A stretch of 63,925 nt of DNA, filler included, from Octopus bimaculoides (Eukaryota): assembly GCF_001194135.2 (NCBI RefSeq). It is 6 parts of 6 records of this genome, joined end to end, with 100 filler letters (N's around TTAATTAATTAA, not from the genome) between each part and the next. Parts side by side here need not be neighbours in the genome. Positions count along the whole stretch, not along the records: positions 1 to 29,485 come from NC_069002.1; 5 more parts are not named here. One strand, given 5' to 3'. Below the pieces are notes generated by a model. The model was not told the DNA's origin. It saw nothing but the letters and a program-made list of their open reading frames with translations, and did not search any database. The translations under genes and the position numbers were made by a program. Each line of letters starts with the position of its first letter. The first letter of the stretch is position 1. This document shows, in pieces, positions 1 through 11,374 of this stretch.

Positions 1-270
1 TTTACTGTTATATGGACTGTTAGATATGTAATTCGTCTGACGTTCCGTGTGTCATGTGGTTCGTCTGAGTTCATTGTTTCATTGTTGTTGTCTTGTGGGA
101 CTGTCGTAGAAAATGTCATTGATATATATATGGCGGACATGACTTTTGTTTATTCATAACGAACATTGGGTGAGTGCGTTCTTTGTATGTAATTGAACAA
201 TAAATGTAATAATTAAATTGTATAACTCGTTATGTTATCTCTGCGAGTCAGTCCGAGGGAAACATAACAT

Positions 271-415
271 TTACGTTCTGAATTCAAATTCCGCCGGGGG
301 TCGACTTTACCTTTTATTCTTTCCAGGTCGATAAAATAAGCACCAGTTGAACACTGGGGTCAATTCAATTGACTTAGCAACTTTCTCCAAATTTGCTGGC
401 TTTGAGCCAAAATTT
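271..415 (+). mobile_element. Short SINE (family A), 5'-truncated
   Basis: ttacgttctgaattcaaattccgccgggggtcgactttacc...gtcgataaaataagcaccag matches the more complete copies at 4385 and 23481. Confidence 0.8.
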
Positions 416-573
416 GAAGGAATATTAATAGAACGACTCCTGTTATTTTGTATGACCTGTTTTTATTACAGCAATTTTACTTATATCATTCCCAGTTTTT
501 ACAGGTGCAATTATAATATTACTAACTGATCGTGATTTTTATACTGCATTTTAATACCACATTTTAATACCAC
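416..573 (+). pseudogene. COX1: NUMT: nuclear copy of a mitochondrial cytochrome c oxidase subunit I fragment
   Basis: In the invertebrate mitochondrial code (TGA=W, ATA=M) reads [45 protein letters not shown] with one +1 frameshift, matching the COX1 motif [40 protein letters not shown]. Confidence 0.9.
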
Positions 574-714
574 GATGAAATAACACGGAAACAATATATT
601 TTCTTCGTGCCAAACTTTTAGCTAAGTTTTCTAAAAAAGAGGAAGAATCCAGATTTACGTCATAATAATTTGTTACATAATATATTGCTTTAGATTTTGA
701 GGGAGGCAGAGAAG

Positions 715-1746
715 GACATTCGAATAAACCGAAATCAATACTTGACCGGTGCTTTATTTTATCAACACTGGAAATATATGAAGTAAAGTCGGCTTGGCTG
801 GATTTTAACCCAGTAATGGAACGATTTGTAACTAAATACAGTGTGTTCCGAAAGTCACTGATGGGTTTCAATTTTTAATAACTTCCTTTACTTTACAAAT
901 AAATACATCAAAGTTTGATACAATATAAAGGACATAATGAAAATTAATATACACAAGTCAAATTTTGCAACTCCACTACATCACATATGAAAAACGAGAT
1001 CGCTTAAATAGCAGCCATTTTCGGCTTCGCACGCCCGTGCTCTTTCCAAAACTTGCACCATAACACCCTCAAGAGATTCAGACCCCGTTTCTCTGATTTC
1101 TGCATTGATGTTCTCCTTCAGTTGCACCAGGGCCTCCGGTTTGTTGACGTACACTATCTCTTTTAGGTTTCAGCATAAGAAAAATCCGGGGAACGTGAAG
1201 GCTAGCGGACATTGCTGTAGTGGGAGATTATTCTCTCTCCAAAGCAACTGCACTGTTACTCTTGCGGTATGAGCAGTTGCCCCATCTTGCTGGAACATTG
1301 TGTGAGGTCTACTTTGAATGGCCGGGCGCAAAAAGGTCTTGACCATGGTTCTGTACCGTTCTCCAGTCACTGTGACAGCATTTCCGTCATCGTCCTCAAA
1401 GAAATAAGATCCAATAATTTAATCTGTCAATCCATACCATACCGTGCACCTTACAGAGTGAAGTTCTCGCTGGTGTACTGTTCTCGGGTACTCAGAGCCC
1501 CCAAAACGGCAATTTTGCTTGTTGATGAACCCTTTCAAATGAAAGCACATAAAATCTGAAAAGATAGGGTAAAGGTGAAGTAATTATAGTCCATAATGTA
1601 CTTTATATTGTATCAAAATTCCATGCATTTATTTGTAAAGTTAACGAAGTTATTAAAAATTGAAACCCATCAGTGACTTTTGGGACACCCTGTATTATAA
1701 GGCATTTTGTCCGACGTTGTAGCGATACTGCAAATTCACCAGCCTA
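715..1746 (-). mobile_element. Degenerate family A SINE split by a Tc1/mariner insertion (pieces about 715-836 and 1695-1746)
   Basis: ttttatcaacactggaaatatatgaagtaaagtcggc...gaacg continues after the transposon as taaggcattttgtccgacgttgtagcgatactgc, colinear with the intact reverse copy at 41131-41340. Confidence 0.65.
839..1692 (-). mobile_element. Internally deleted IS630-Tc1-mariner transposon with transposase C-terminal remnant (about 981-1370)
   Basis: About 48-bp TIRs (cagtgtgttccgaaagtcactgatgggtttcaatttttaataac / gttattaaaaattgaaacccatcagtgacttttgggacaccctg), TA on both flanks (837-838, 1693-1694), motifs FQQDGATAHTA and PGFFL. Confidence 0.9.
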
Positions 1747-1930
1747 AAAATTCACCTAAAATTATTCGAAAAGAGAAGGAAGAGGAGTAGGATTGTAACA
1801 ATAATTATCGTTAATCACCCTTTCTCTTCCGTTAATTATATTTGAATATTTTATTTATTGTGTCTTTTCCCCCCTTTTCTGTCCTCTTCGTAAAGGAGAG
1901 GAGAATGTGATCTAATTCAATGACTTTAAT

Positions 1931-2184
1931 AGTTCTCTCTCTCCGTCTCTCTCTCTCCGTCTCTCTCTCTCTCTCTCTCTCTCTCCATAGATACCAGCCC
2001 CTTCTTATTCCCCTCCCATAATAGTGCGACTCTCTTTACTCAATCAACAATTTCTTTTCCGTCATCGCACTAAATCAACGCTTCCCGACGACCTGCCAGT
2101 TGCCATACCACTCTCAACCCTCTCTTATTACACACACACACACGCACACGCACACATATACATACATACATACATACATACACA
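1931..2184. repeat. (CT)n and (CA)n/(TACA)n microsatellites
   Basis: Visible runs at about 1931-1985 and 2129-2184. Confidence 0.9.
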
Positions 2185-3716
2185 CCGTTGTTATAAATTT
2201 CATTTTTGTGACTCTAGGCAGTCAGATTTAGTAATTCTCGACATTCCATCCAGCAAACGATGTTATATCAACCAATTGAAACCTTATTATTGTTGGGGTT
2301 TGGAGTTAGATTTAGGTTTAAAGCGAGAGATTACAGTTAACAGCGTGCAGCAAAATTTTCATATATAAGGTATTTTAAAAAAAAGAGAGTAAATTGTTGA
2401 TTTAAAAAAAAAAAAGGAAAAAAGAGTAAACAAAATGATGCTAATAGGAAAAAAACACCGAAAAAGAAAAAGTTTATAAACTGAAAGAAAGAACGTTCGA
2501 ATGGTACTGCATGTGAGTGGGGCGCATGCAGCCATTTCATAATCACCGATTTCATTGTACCTTTTTCCATTTTCATTCGTTTTATGGTTTTTGTCCCCAC
2601 TGTGGTGTTCTGTCTGTCCTTGTGGTGTCCTCTCTGTGTCATTGGCCTAGGTGCCAAATAAAAAGAATTACATAGTGAAGTTGGAATGTGTCAGTTAGTT
2701 TGTTCATTTGGAATATTTATTGTTGGTTAGTGAGAGATTGTTGGGTTGTTACGTTCTTATTGCCACTGCATTATCTTGTTATTGTATAACACTGGTACCG
2801 TATATCGTAGGCCTTTATCGCAATAGTGGTGGTACTACTATATTGGATACAAACCACATTACAGCATCTGGTGACGAGAGGTTCGAAGGTCACGTAGGTT
2901 GTATTTCACCTGCAAACCAAGCATTAAATCCTTTCGTACCAGATTGTCAACCTTATGAAATCCCCTTGCCTATGTTTTTCTTCTGTAGTCATCAACATGA
3001 TATTATTCAAGATCAACTGAGTCAATCTTACCAGTTTTGAGTAGCCTGCAAAGACCATAGGCACAGCTCTTGCCTTTCGTCTCAGAAGGAATGCAAAAAC
3101 CAAGGATACAGCCCCTTTGTCCAGCCAAATTGTTCAAATAAAACAAGAAAAAAAAAACAGCCTCTATTCCTGTGAATTAATTAGCTGTATATTATATCAA
3201 ACTGAGCCCACATCATCATCTTTAACATGTCTCGCAGCTTAAACCTTCTACTAAATATTTTATCCAATCATTTCTATCCAGAATGGCAACCTCCACATGG
3301 AATCACCTTCTCATCAGACAATTTACAGAAGTTGTAAAAAGACATCATCTACATTCATATTAACAGTTTTGGGAAAGCCTGCAGAGGTTCTCTGAACATC
3401 ATTTTTTTTCTTTTGCTCGCACTATATAATAGTACTAACGAGAATTTCTAACAAAGGCACAAAGCAAGAAATTTTATAGGAGGATACAATTAGTCAACTA
3501 TATTGACCTAGTACTTACTTATCTAGTATTTTATTTTATTGCCCTCAGAAACATTGAAATGTGAAGTAAAGTGAGTTGACGCTGCTAACCCTTTCATGAC
3601 TTAATTTCTGATAGGTAAACTGTTTCAATAAATTTTTAGTGCCACTTTAGCATACAGTATACGTGACCATTTACACTGTAGCATGCCGTCTAACCCTAAT
3701 TCTAAATCATAGCTCT

Positions 3717-4103
3717 GCTGCTGATGGCACTCCGTCGCTTACGACGTCAAGGGTTCCAGTTGATCCGATCAACAGAACAGCCTGCTCGTGAAATTAACGT
3801 GCAAGTGGCTGAGCACTCCACAGACACGTGTACCCTTAACGTAGTTCTCGGGTGGTATTCAGCGTGACACAGTGTGACAAGGCTGACCCTTTGAAATACA
3901 GGCACAACAGAAACAGGAAGTAAGAGTGAGAGAAAGTTGTGGTGAGAGAGTACAGCAGGGTTCGCCACCATCCCCTGCCGGAGCCTCGTGGAGCTTTAGG
4001 TGTTTTCGCTCAATAAACACTCACAACGCCCGGTCTGGGAATCGAAACCGCAATCCTATGACCGCGAGTCCGCTGCCCTAACCACTGGGCCATTGCGCCT
4101 CCA
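3717..4103 (-). mobile_element. Full-length tRNA-derived SINE (family C) with 15-bp TSD
   Basis: Minus-strand head ggaggcgcaatggcccagtggttagggcagcggactcgcggtcataggattgcggtttcgattccc has Pol III A/B-box-like motifs; direct repeat CTAAATCATAGCTCT at 3702-3716 and 4104-4118. Confidence 0.9.
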
Positions 4104-4384
4104 CTAAATCATAGCTCTAACCCTAACCTAACCCATAACGAGGCATGTATACAATGTAAACAAAACAAAGGGATAAAGATTAAATCAATTGTCGAGGATA
4201 TAACACTTTGAAAAGCACTGTAAAATTTCATGGCAACACATATACAGTTCAGGCAGAGATACCAATGAGAAAACAATTGAGGTGTGCAGCACATACAAAA
4301 GTTGAATACATTGAAAGATACAAGCATAGATTCAATCAATTTTAATGCCACAGTACAAGCAGAGAAGCATAGAAATAAAAATAA

Positions 4385-4620
4385 CAATGAACTGGCAGAA
4401 ATGTTAGCGCTCCGGGCGAAATGCTTAGCGGTATTTCGTCTGCCGTTACGTTCTGAGTTCAAATTCCGCCGAGGTCGACTTTGCCTTTCATCCTTTCGGG
4501 GTCGATTAAATAAGTACCAGTTACGCACTGGGGTCGATATAATCGACTTCATCCGTTTTTCTGTCCTTGTTTGTCCCCTCTGTGTGTAGCCTCTTGTGGG
4601 CAATAGAAAAATAAGAAATA
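4385..4620 (+). mobile_element. SINE family A
   Basis: ctggcagaaatgttagc...gttctgagttcaaattccgccgaggtcgactttgcctttcatcctttcggggtcg, repeated many times in the window. Confidence 0.85.
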
Positions 4621-4736
4621 AAAATAACAAAAGGCTGGACTAATAATTGGAAATAAGCAAATGAAAAAGAAAAAAAGCATCAGGCAGGTGTAAGAAATAA
4701 ATAGGTAGAGATACATCAATTCATACACGAATACAT

Positions 4737-5600
4737 TTAATCAAGATTTGAAAATCTTGCAATGCACTGCAATAATTTTTCGAAAAGATCGCACATTTCG
4801 TATCTCCAAGGCAACATAAATTCATAGATATAGGAGTCAAACATAGAACGGTATGTACCACACTGTCGCTTATTACTCCGTTTCACACACACCCAAGTGC
4901 TTTCCACTGGTTGCGTGTGTGTTCCATCATTGGAGTTAACAAACTCGACGCTGTGCTTCACCGTTCTATGTCGAAAAATATACACCTCAATCTCTGGAAT
5001 ATGCGAAAACGCCTTCCACAGGTTACTAAATATCGTGGTTCCCGGGAGAATCGAACGGCGGATGCATTCTTCTCGTGTGTCGCGATTCCGACAAGGTACT
5101 GCATAAAGAAAAACATGTTTGGTCTCGCGACAAACTCCTCCGAAAACCTATTGGTGAGGTAGCACCCTCCCCCGATTATACTTTCTCCTAGAGAAGACTG
5201 TCTCGTCTATCTCCACAATCTTCCCAGGACCACCTATTTGAACTGGGTTCATGAGCAAGTCATGTGCGTATGCTTCTCGTACATAACTGTTGTAATCCAC
5301 AGCTGTAGCGTGGCTCATCCCCAGTTCTTCTACACAATAACGGACCGTAGTCAGTTCCTTGATCCAAGAGCACAAAAAAATGACTACAGTCCACAGAGAA
5401 AGTGTGCTACCTTCCTACTATGTACCTTTTCTGACGGATACAGTCTTGTTGCAGCCTTTGCAACTGCACCACCAGTAAAGATTCTCCGGGACCACTTTCT
5501 TTTTCATAAAGTGCCAATTTCTACAGTTCTTAACAGAAGGCATAATAGCCTTCTCTGCGAAGTACGCTGCCGCATCCTTCTCAGTTTTAATTGTATCCAT
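4737..5600 (-). pseudogene. Merlin (IS1016/ISXO2-like DDE) transposase, disrupted
   Basis: Pieces over frameshifts and stops: MDTIKTEKDAAAYF...WCSCKGCNKTVSVRKGT, QIGGPGKIVEIDETVFSRRKYNRGR, HRTVKHSVEFVNSNDGTHTQPVESTW; ATG at 5598-5600. Confidence 0.88.
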
Positions 5601-5909
5601 CAAATTGCAGAAAGTTAAAATCAAATACAACAGGCAGGTAAACAAATTAATCAAATTGAAAATTAAGCAAAAATGAAATAAAGCAAGAGTGGTGAAAATA
5701 ATTAGGCGCAAAAATAAAACAGTGAAAAATATCCAAAAACACAGCAGCCAAGGTGAAGAACAAACGACATACACCACGCGCGGTTACTACAAATGACCCG
5801 AAAGTTGTTGTTCACAAACAGCAGTAGTAACTTTCTTCAGCTGAATACACGTCATTGATTGGTTAAAATTATCCAAATACGACAACTTTAACACGAAATA
5901 ACTTCTAAA

Positions 5910-6122
5910 ATACATTCAGCATTCTTCCTCAATTGTATTTTCGTCGACCAGCAAATCTTGCTTCGTCGATCTGAATGGGGTTATCGTTTGTTCCAAAAAT
6001 CTTCCCTCGCCGTTCATGATAAACTATGGCTCCACACACCTCGCGGCACATATTGAACCAGTCAGTTATTGTATTTTTAGATTTTCCTGTTGAAGTCACT
6101 GCAGTGGCGATAGGTATTCATG
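5910..6122 (-). pseudogene. Second, divergent Merlin-type transposase fragment
   Basis: Manual translation TITDWFNMCREVCGAIVYHERRGKIFGTNDNPIQIDEARFAGRRKYN*GRML contains the IDE..F..RKYNRGR motif; runs into the N gap. Confidence 0.82.
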
Positions 6123-7599
6123 NNNNNNNNNNNNNNNNNNNNNNNNNNNNNNNNNNNNNNNNNNNNNNNNNNNNNNNNNNNNNNNNNNNNNNNNNNNNNN
6201 NNNNNNNNNNNNNNNNNNNNNNNNNNNNNNNNNNNNNNNNNNNNNNNNNNNNNNNNNNNNNNNNNNNNNNNNNNNNNNNNNNNNNNNNNNNNNNNNNNNN
6301 NNNNNNNNNNNNNNNNNNNNNNNNNNNNNNNNNNNNNNNNNNNNNNNNNNNNNNNNNNNNNNNNNNNNNNNNNNNNNNNNNNNNNNNNNNNNNNNNNNNN
6401 NNNNNNNNNNNNNNNNNNNNNNNNNNNNNNNNNNNNNNNNNNNNNNNNNNNNNNNNNNNNNNNNNNNNNNNNNNNNNNNNNNNNNNNNNNNNNNNNNNNN
6501 NNNNNNNNNNNNNNNNNNNNNNNNNNNNNNNNNNNNNNNNNNNNNNNNNNNNNNNNNNNNNNNNNNNNNNNNNNNNNNNNNNNNNNNNNNNNNNNNNNNN
6601 NNNNNNNNNNNNNNNNNNNNNNNNNNNNNNNNNNNNNNNNNNNNNNNNNNNNNNNNNNNNNNNNNNNNNNNNNNNNNNNNNNNNNNNNNNNNNNNNNNNN
6701 NNNNNNNNNNNNNNNNNNNNNNNNNNNNNNNNNNNNNNNNNNNNNNNNNNNNNNNNNNNNNNNNNNNNNNNNNNNNNNNNNNNNNNNNNNNNNNNNNNNN
6801 NNNNNNNNTTTTTTTAATGGAGTGGAGAATTAAAAATTTGACAGGTTTTCTTTTTTTTCTCTCTTGCAAAAAGTTTGGAAAAATAGAAAAAAAATATGCC
6901 AAATTGTGCCAGTATTTCCGTTTCAGAGTTTGTGACAAATGACCGAAAGAATGTCCATTATTGAATATATTTATTAATCACTTTTACAAAAGTCAAAGTA
7001 AACACTTTCTTATAATTATTCATCATAGGAGCGGCCGACGACTGAAGACTTTTGGCACAAGGCCAGCAATATTAGGGGAGGGTTTAGTCCATTACTCCGT
7101 CCCTGAAAGGATATAAAGTTGACCTTGGCGGAATTTCAAATCAATGTTTTTGGTATTTGATATGAGATACACGACAGCAACCAAATTTCCCTCTAATTAC
7201 TCTCTCGTTATATATAGTCCGAATAAAAGCTACAATGGTCAAGTTTTTTTGTTTGTTTTCTTATACCAAAGATCTGATGGAACGTTGCTTACCGGGAGTT
7301 AAATGACAACTTCGTTAAATTTAATAAAAAACAAATTTAAGTTCACTTTTAATAATGCCAAAACGAATTGAAGTTCGCTTTTGTTTCATTAAATTTGTTT
7401 CGTATTAAATCAAACGAAGTTGTAGTAGAGTAACCCATATATCAGACAGCAATGCCACGCTGCAGGTTTTTTGCTCACCTTTCCATGTGATTCCCTAATT
7501 GAATGTTTCAGATATTCCATGCTACACATTCCAATACGCAATTGTTGTACTGCAGAGTTGTCTCTCTGTTGCACAATCTGCACAGTCTGTTTATTATTG

Positions 7600-8560
7600 T
7601 TATTTAACCACATATTAACTTTAATCGATTCGACTTTATGATCAAAGGTATTCTACCCATGACCATGTATCCTGTCGGCATTCTTTCGAATGCCATCCCG
7701 TCTTTTATTCGGGCATTACCTATCTAGGGCAACATTCTCCAAAAGTATCTATTCGGTTTTTAGTCGGTAGGGCGTAATTTCGGAGAGATTTGGCTGCTAT
7801 TTTTAGCAGGTTGAGCGATCATATAAAGAGAAATAGAAATACAAGATTGATTTGTCTCACCTCAAAGCTACCCTAATTGAGATGTATTATAATCAAAAAC
7901 TTTCAACCCGTGACCATCTAATCTGTGATCTTTTTTTTTTTTTCTTTCCCGGAAATTATCCAATAAGTTCTTTTAGAGACGGATGAGTGATTTGAGGGAT
8001 ATTTGGCATCTATTTCTAACAGGATGAGCGATTGTATTGAGCCTCCGCACGTTGATTCGTTGGGGGACTTTATATGCTGAGGGAATATTTTCCTCCATCA
8101 CCGAATATTGTTTGTGAAAAACTACAAAACACTAAGCGCCACTTGGTGAGTTATTCTCAATCTTTTTCAATTCTCCGAGTCTCATCATCTGGAGTGTTGT
8201 AGTTGTTGTTATTCTCTATCTCTAAATCTGCTTTGATCGAATAGACTTACGATCAAAGCCATTCCAGCCATAGCCATCCTTTTTGTTCTATATGTAGAAC
8301 TGTATTATATAATGTTTCCTTCCTTTTTTTTTCAAGACTATAAAGTGTGCATTGAAGGAATTTGCTATTAGATCTGGTAATTTCAGCGAGCTGTTACCTT
8401 GATCGAACAGGTAACTGTATCCAAGACGTTCCAGTCATGACCATTCCATACTTATAGGATCGTTAATCAACGTGTCTTTCCTGTCTTTAAAACGGTGATG
8501 TATGACTTGAAAGGGAATATGGTTACTATTTCTAGCAGATCGTTGGTTTATATGGAAAGC
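7600..8560 (+). repeat. Cluster of four diverged copies of an interspersed repeat (family D)
   Basis: Recurring gatcaaag...tgaccat and gatttggctgctatttctagcagg-like motifs near 7790, 8000, 8360 and 8520; reverse copies near 28420 and 30800. Confidence 0.6.
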
Positions 8561-8949
8561 TGTAGAGAAACAGAAGTGAAGAACCGAGAGAAAGAATACT
8601 TTTGCTGTGTATCTTCCTTAAAATTACCCTGAATTTATTCCAATGTAGACTTGTTTGTCAAAAGAATTTGGGATGTTACAGTTGATCCTTAGATTCACAT
8701 CATCTCACATCCCACTTTTTATTTCGTCAGTATCTCTGTCTCTAAAGCTCATTCCAATGATACCCTCATTCATTTATAATCAACTCCTTAATTAGGGCAC
8801 CGCCATGTGTGTGTGTGTGTGTATTTTTCTCACACTCTTCTCTCACTATCTCTATTCCCACCTTTCCTTAACTCTTAACCATCATTTTATTTCTGAAGAT
8901 CCGATATGAAAATATGGTAAATAGTAATACTGAACTTAGTCAGCTTTTA

Positions 8950-9840
8950 TTTTTTGTTTTACTGGTTTCAGTTATTTCAGTGCAGCCATACTGATGCACC
9001 ACCTTCAAGTAATCATTATTGACCCCAATACTGATTTCAGTCTGATACTTATGTTATCGATGTCTATTTGTCGAATTGGGCACTGTCATGCTATTAGCTG
9101 TCAGAAGTGAAAGTGCTCACTGCTAGTGAAGTATCTGTCTGTCTGCCTGCATGCCTGTTGCTGTGTCCGTCTGTCTGTCTGCCTGCCTGCTGGTTTGAGT
9201 TGATACTTTGGCTTACTTACTTACTGATATCTATCTACTATCTATCTATCAATCAATCACTCGTCCACCTTATTAGAAAACACAAATTTAATATAAAAAC
9301 ATATTTCCTGAAATTGCAAATTATTTAAAATATAAAAATATAATCTTCAACAGAGAGAATTTATCAAAATAGAAAACAAATGNNNNNNNNNNNNNNNNNN
9401 NNNNNNNNNNNNNNNNNNNNNNNNNNNNNNNNNNNNNNNNNNNNNNNNNNNNNNNNNNNNNNNNNNNNNNNNNNNNNNNNNNNNNNNNNNNNNNNNNNNN
9501 NNNNNNNNNNNNNNNNNNNNNNNNNNCTGTGTTTTCAAACGCATGGATATAGGTGTCAAATTTGTTCCAATAACTTTCGAGTGATAGATAGATAGACAGA
9601 CAGACATATAGCTTGCTCCAGCCAGTCATGGTATTAGCTGTCAGTAGCCAAAGAATCGACAGGCCAGCAACAGGCATGCAGGCAGACAGACAGATACTTC
9701 ACTAGCAGTGAGCACTTTCACTTCTGACAGCTAATAGCATGACAGTGCCTCGAATTGTTTTGTTGAACCACTAAGTTATGGGACACACCCAGACACAATA
9801 TTAAAAACTCTGGTTGTTGGACCGATGTAAACACACACTT
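8950..9840 (-). mobile_element. Degenerate SINE family B 3' half, interrupted by a MITE
   Basis: tttactggtttcagt...gccatactgatgcaccaccttc and ttttgttgaaccactaagttatgggac flank the MITE in SINE order. Confidence 0.6.
9079..9749. mobile_element. MITE with perfect 85-bp TIRs and 8-bp TSD (Merlin-like termini)
   Basis: 9079-9163 is the exact reverse complement of 9665-9749; TCGAATTG at 9071-9078 and 9750-9757; TIR starts GGCACTG. Confidence 0.9.
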
Positions 9841-10158
9841 ACACATGCATGCATGTATGTATCTATACACACATACACACACACAGACACAGATAGAGAG
9901 AGAGAGAGGAGGGAGTAGAGAGATTGTAACCAGTAGTTTTTTTTACTCCTGGGGAGTGCTGTTTTCTTTGTTATCTGTATGTTTATAATATGTGTTGAAC
10001 TGTTGGTTTGTCTGTTTCTTGTGTATGTGACTGTTGCTTTGTACTGGTTTTGGAGGGAAAAAATAGGTTCGTGGATCTGTTACTTGAAAAACTTGTAAAA
10101 GTTAGCAAAAGGAGGGCATTAAGTTGTAAACAATGCCTCAATGACACATTGTCTAACC

Positions 10159-10428
10159 CAGGGGTTTTCAAACTGTGGTCTGCAAGGACAAGACGGAGTC
10201 CGTGGACAGCAAATACTTTTTATGGGCAATTTGATTTTATATATGTTTTTTAATCGAAATCTTTTAATTGACAATAAACCTATTTGTTAAATACTGTTAA
10301 ATAAATAAATATAAAAATATATGTTATTTTAAGCAAATATTTATGTATAAATTTCATAAGCGTGTTTATAAGGGGGTCCAGCCTGAAATATAAAGGGGTC
10401 CGCAAGTCAAAAAGTTTGAAAACCCCTG
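10159..10428. mobile_element. hAT (Buster/Charlie-like) MITE, copy 1
   Basis: TIR caggggttttcaaact; 8-bp TSD GTCTAACC at 10151-10158 and 10429-10436. Confidence 0.92.
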
Positions 10429-11374
10429 GTCTAACCCATGCTAGCAGGGGAAAAAATGGACATGAAAACAAATCAATGAACATATACATAAGTGGGAAAG
10501 AAAAAAATATATAGAGAGAGAGATAGCCAGTTAGTTGAGCAAACAGATAGTGAAATATAGGGAGAGATGAAAGAAAGACTGAGAGAATAAGAACAGAAAT
10601 AATAGATTGAGTGAGTATAATAAAGGGGAATAAGGTTTTAGGGTGTACAAATAAGGAAGTGAAAGGATGACTTTTTAAATATACAATAGGCAATTGCAAA
10701 TGAAACAGATGAAGAAATTCACAATCAAAAAGAAACATCTTACTTTGGAACTACAGAAAGAAGGCAAAGATTATAACAAGATAGTACTTAATGTGAACTG
10801 CGGAGATGCATTGACTAGAAACACAAAAAAGAACAGTAGCAATGCTCAAGTTGAAAAGAATAATTGAAAGAAGACAAAATGAAGTCCTAGAAGAAAATGG
10901 TGCCACACTGGAAACTGAAAGATTAAAAATTACACTGTAAAGTGTCACCTTTTGATGGATTCTGTGCTTGTACATCATCATCATTTTATGTCTGCTTTCC
11001 ATGCTGGTATGGAATCTGATGAGACAAGACTACATCATGCTTTTACATATATGTTATGGTAATGTTTGTTACTAAGATAGGTACAAAGCCAGACTTTTGG
11101 GAGGAGGAGTTGAATTGATTACATTTGACTCCAGTATATGTGCTATATACTGCATTCTTTTGACTCCACCTAAAAAAAAAATGCAAAGTAAATTTGACTT
11201 TGCTGAGATTTGAACCTAGCATATAGCCATAACATTTACTGCAAGGGGCTTTTTCTGATGCTCTAATCCTACTGCCAATCCACCACTCTATGTATATAAC
11301 AGTAATAAAATTAATAGAGGTACAAACCAACAAAAATGATTATAGAAACATAATGAACATGGACAAGTTCAGAA

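Noticed and set aside
551-871. 106-aa minus-strand ORF
   Set aside because: Runs across a transposon TIR, a decayed SINE and the NUMT end; a composite artefact.
2708-3040. 110-aa ORF and surrounding coding-like sequence
   Set aside because: No recognisable motif in any frame by manual translation; possibly an old TE fragment but not assignable.
3990-4103. tRNA gene
   Set aside because: The tRNA-like segment is the head of a TSD-flanked SINE and continues into SINE body; the same applies to other SINE heads.
4109-4630. 173-aa and 101-aa ORFs
   Set aside because: Read through a SINE on either strand.
6026-6938. Long poly-X ORFs here and at other gaps (22.2, 24.6, 33.2, 36.4, 55.4, 57.5 kb)
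   Set aside because: Produced by N runs containing no stop codons.
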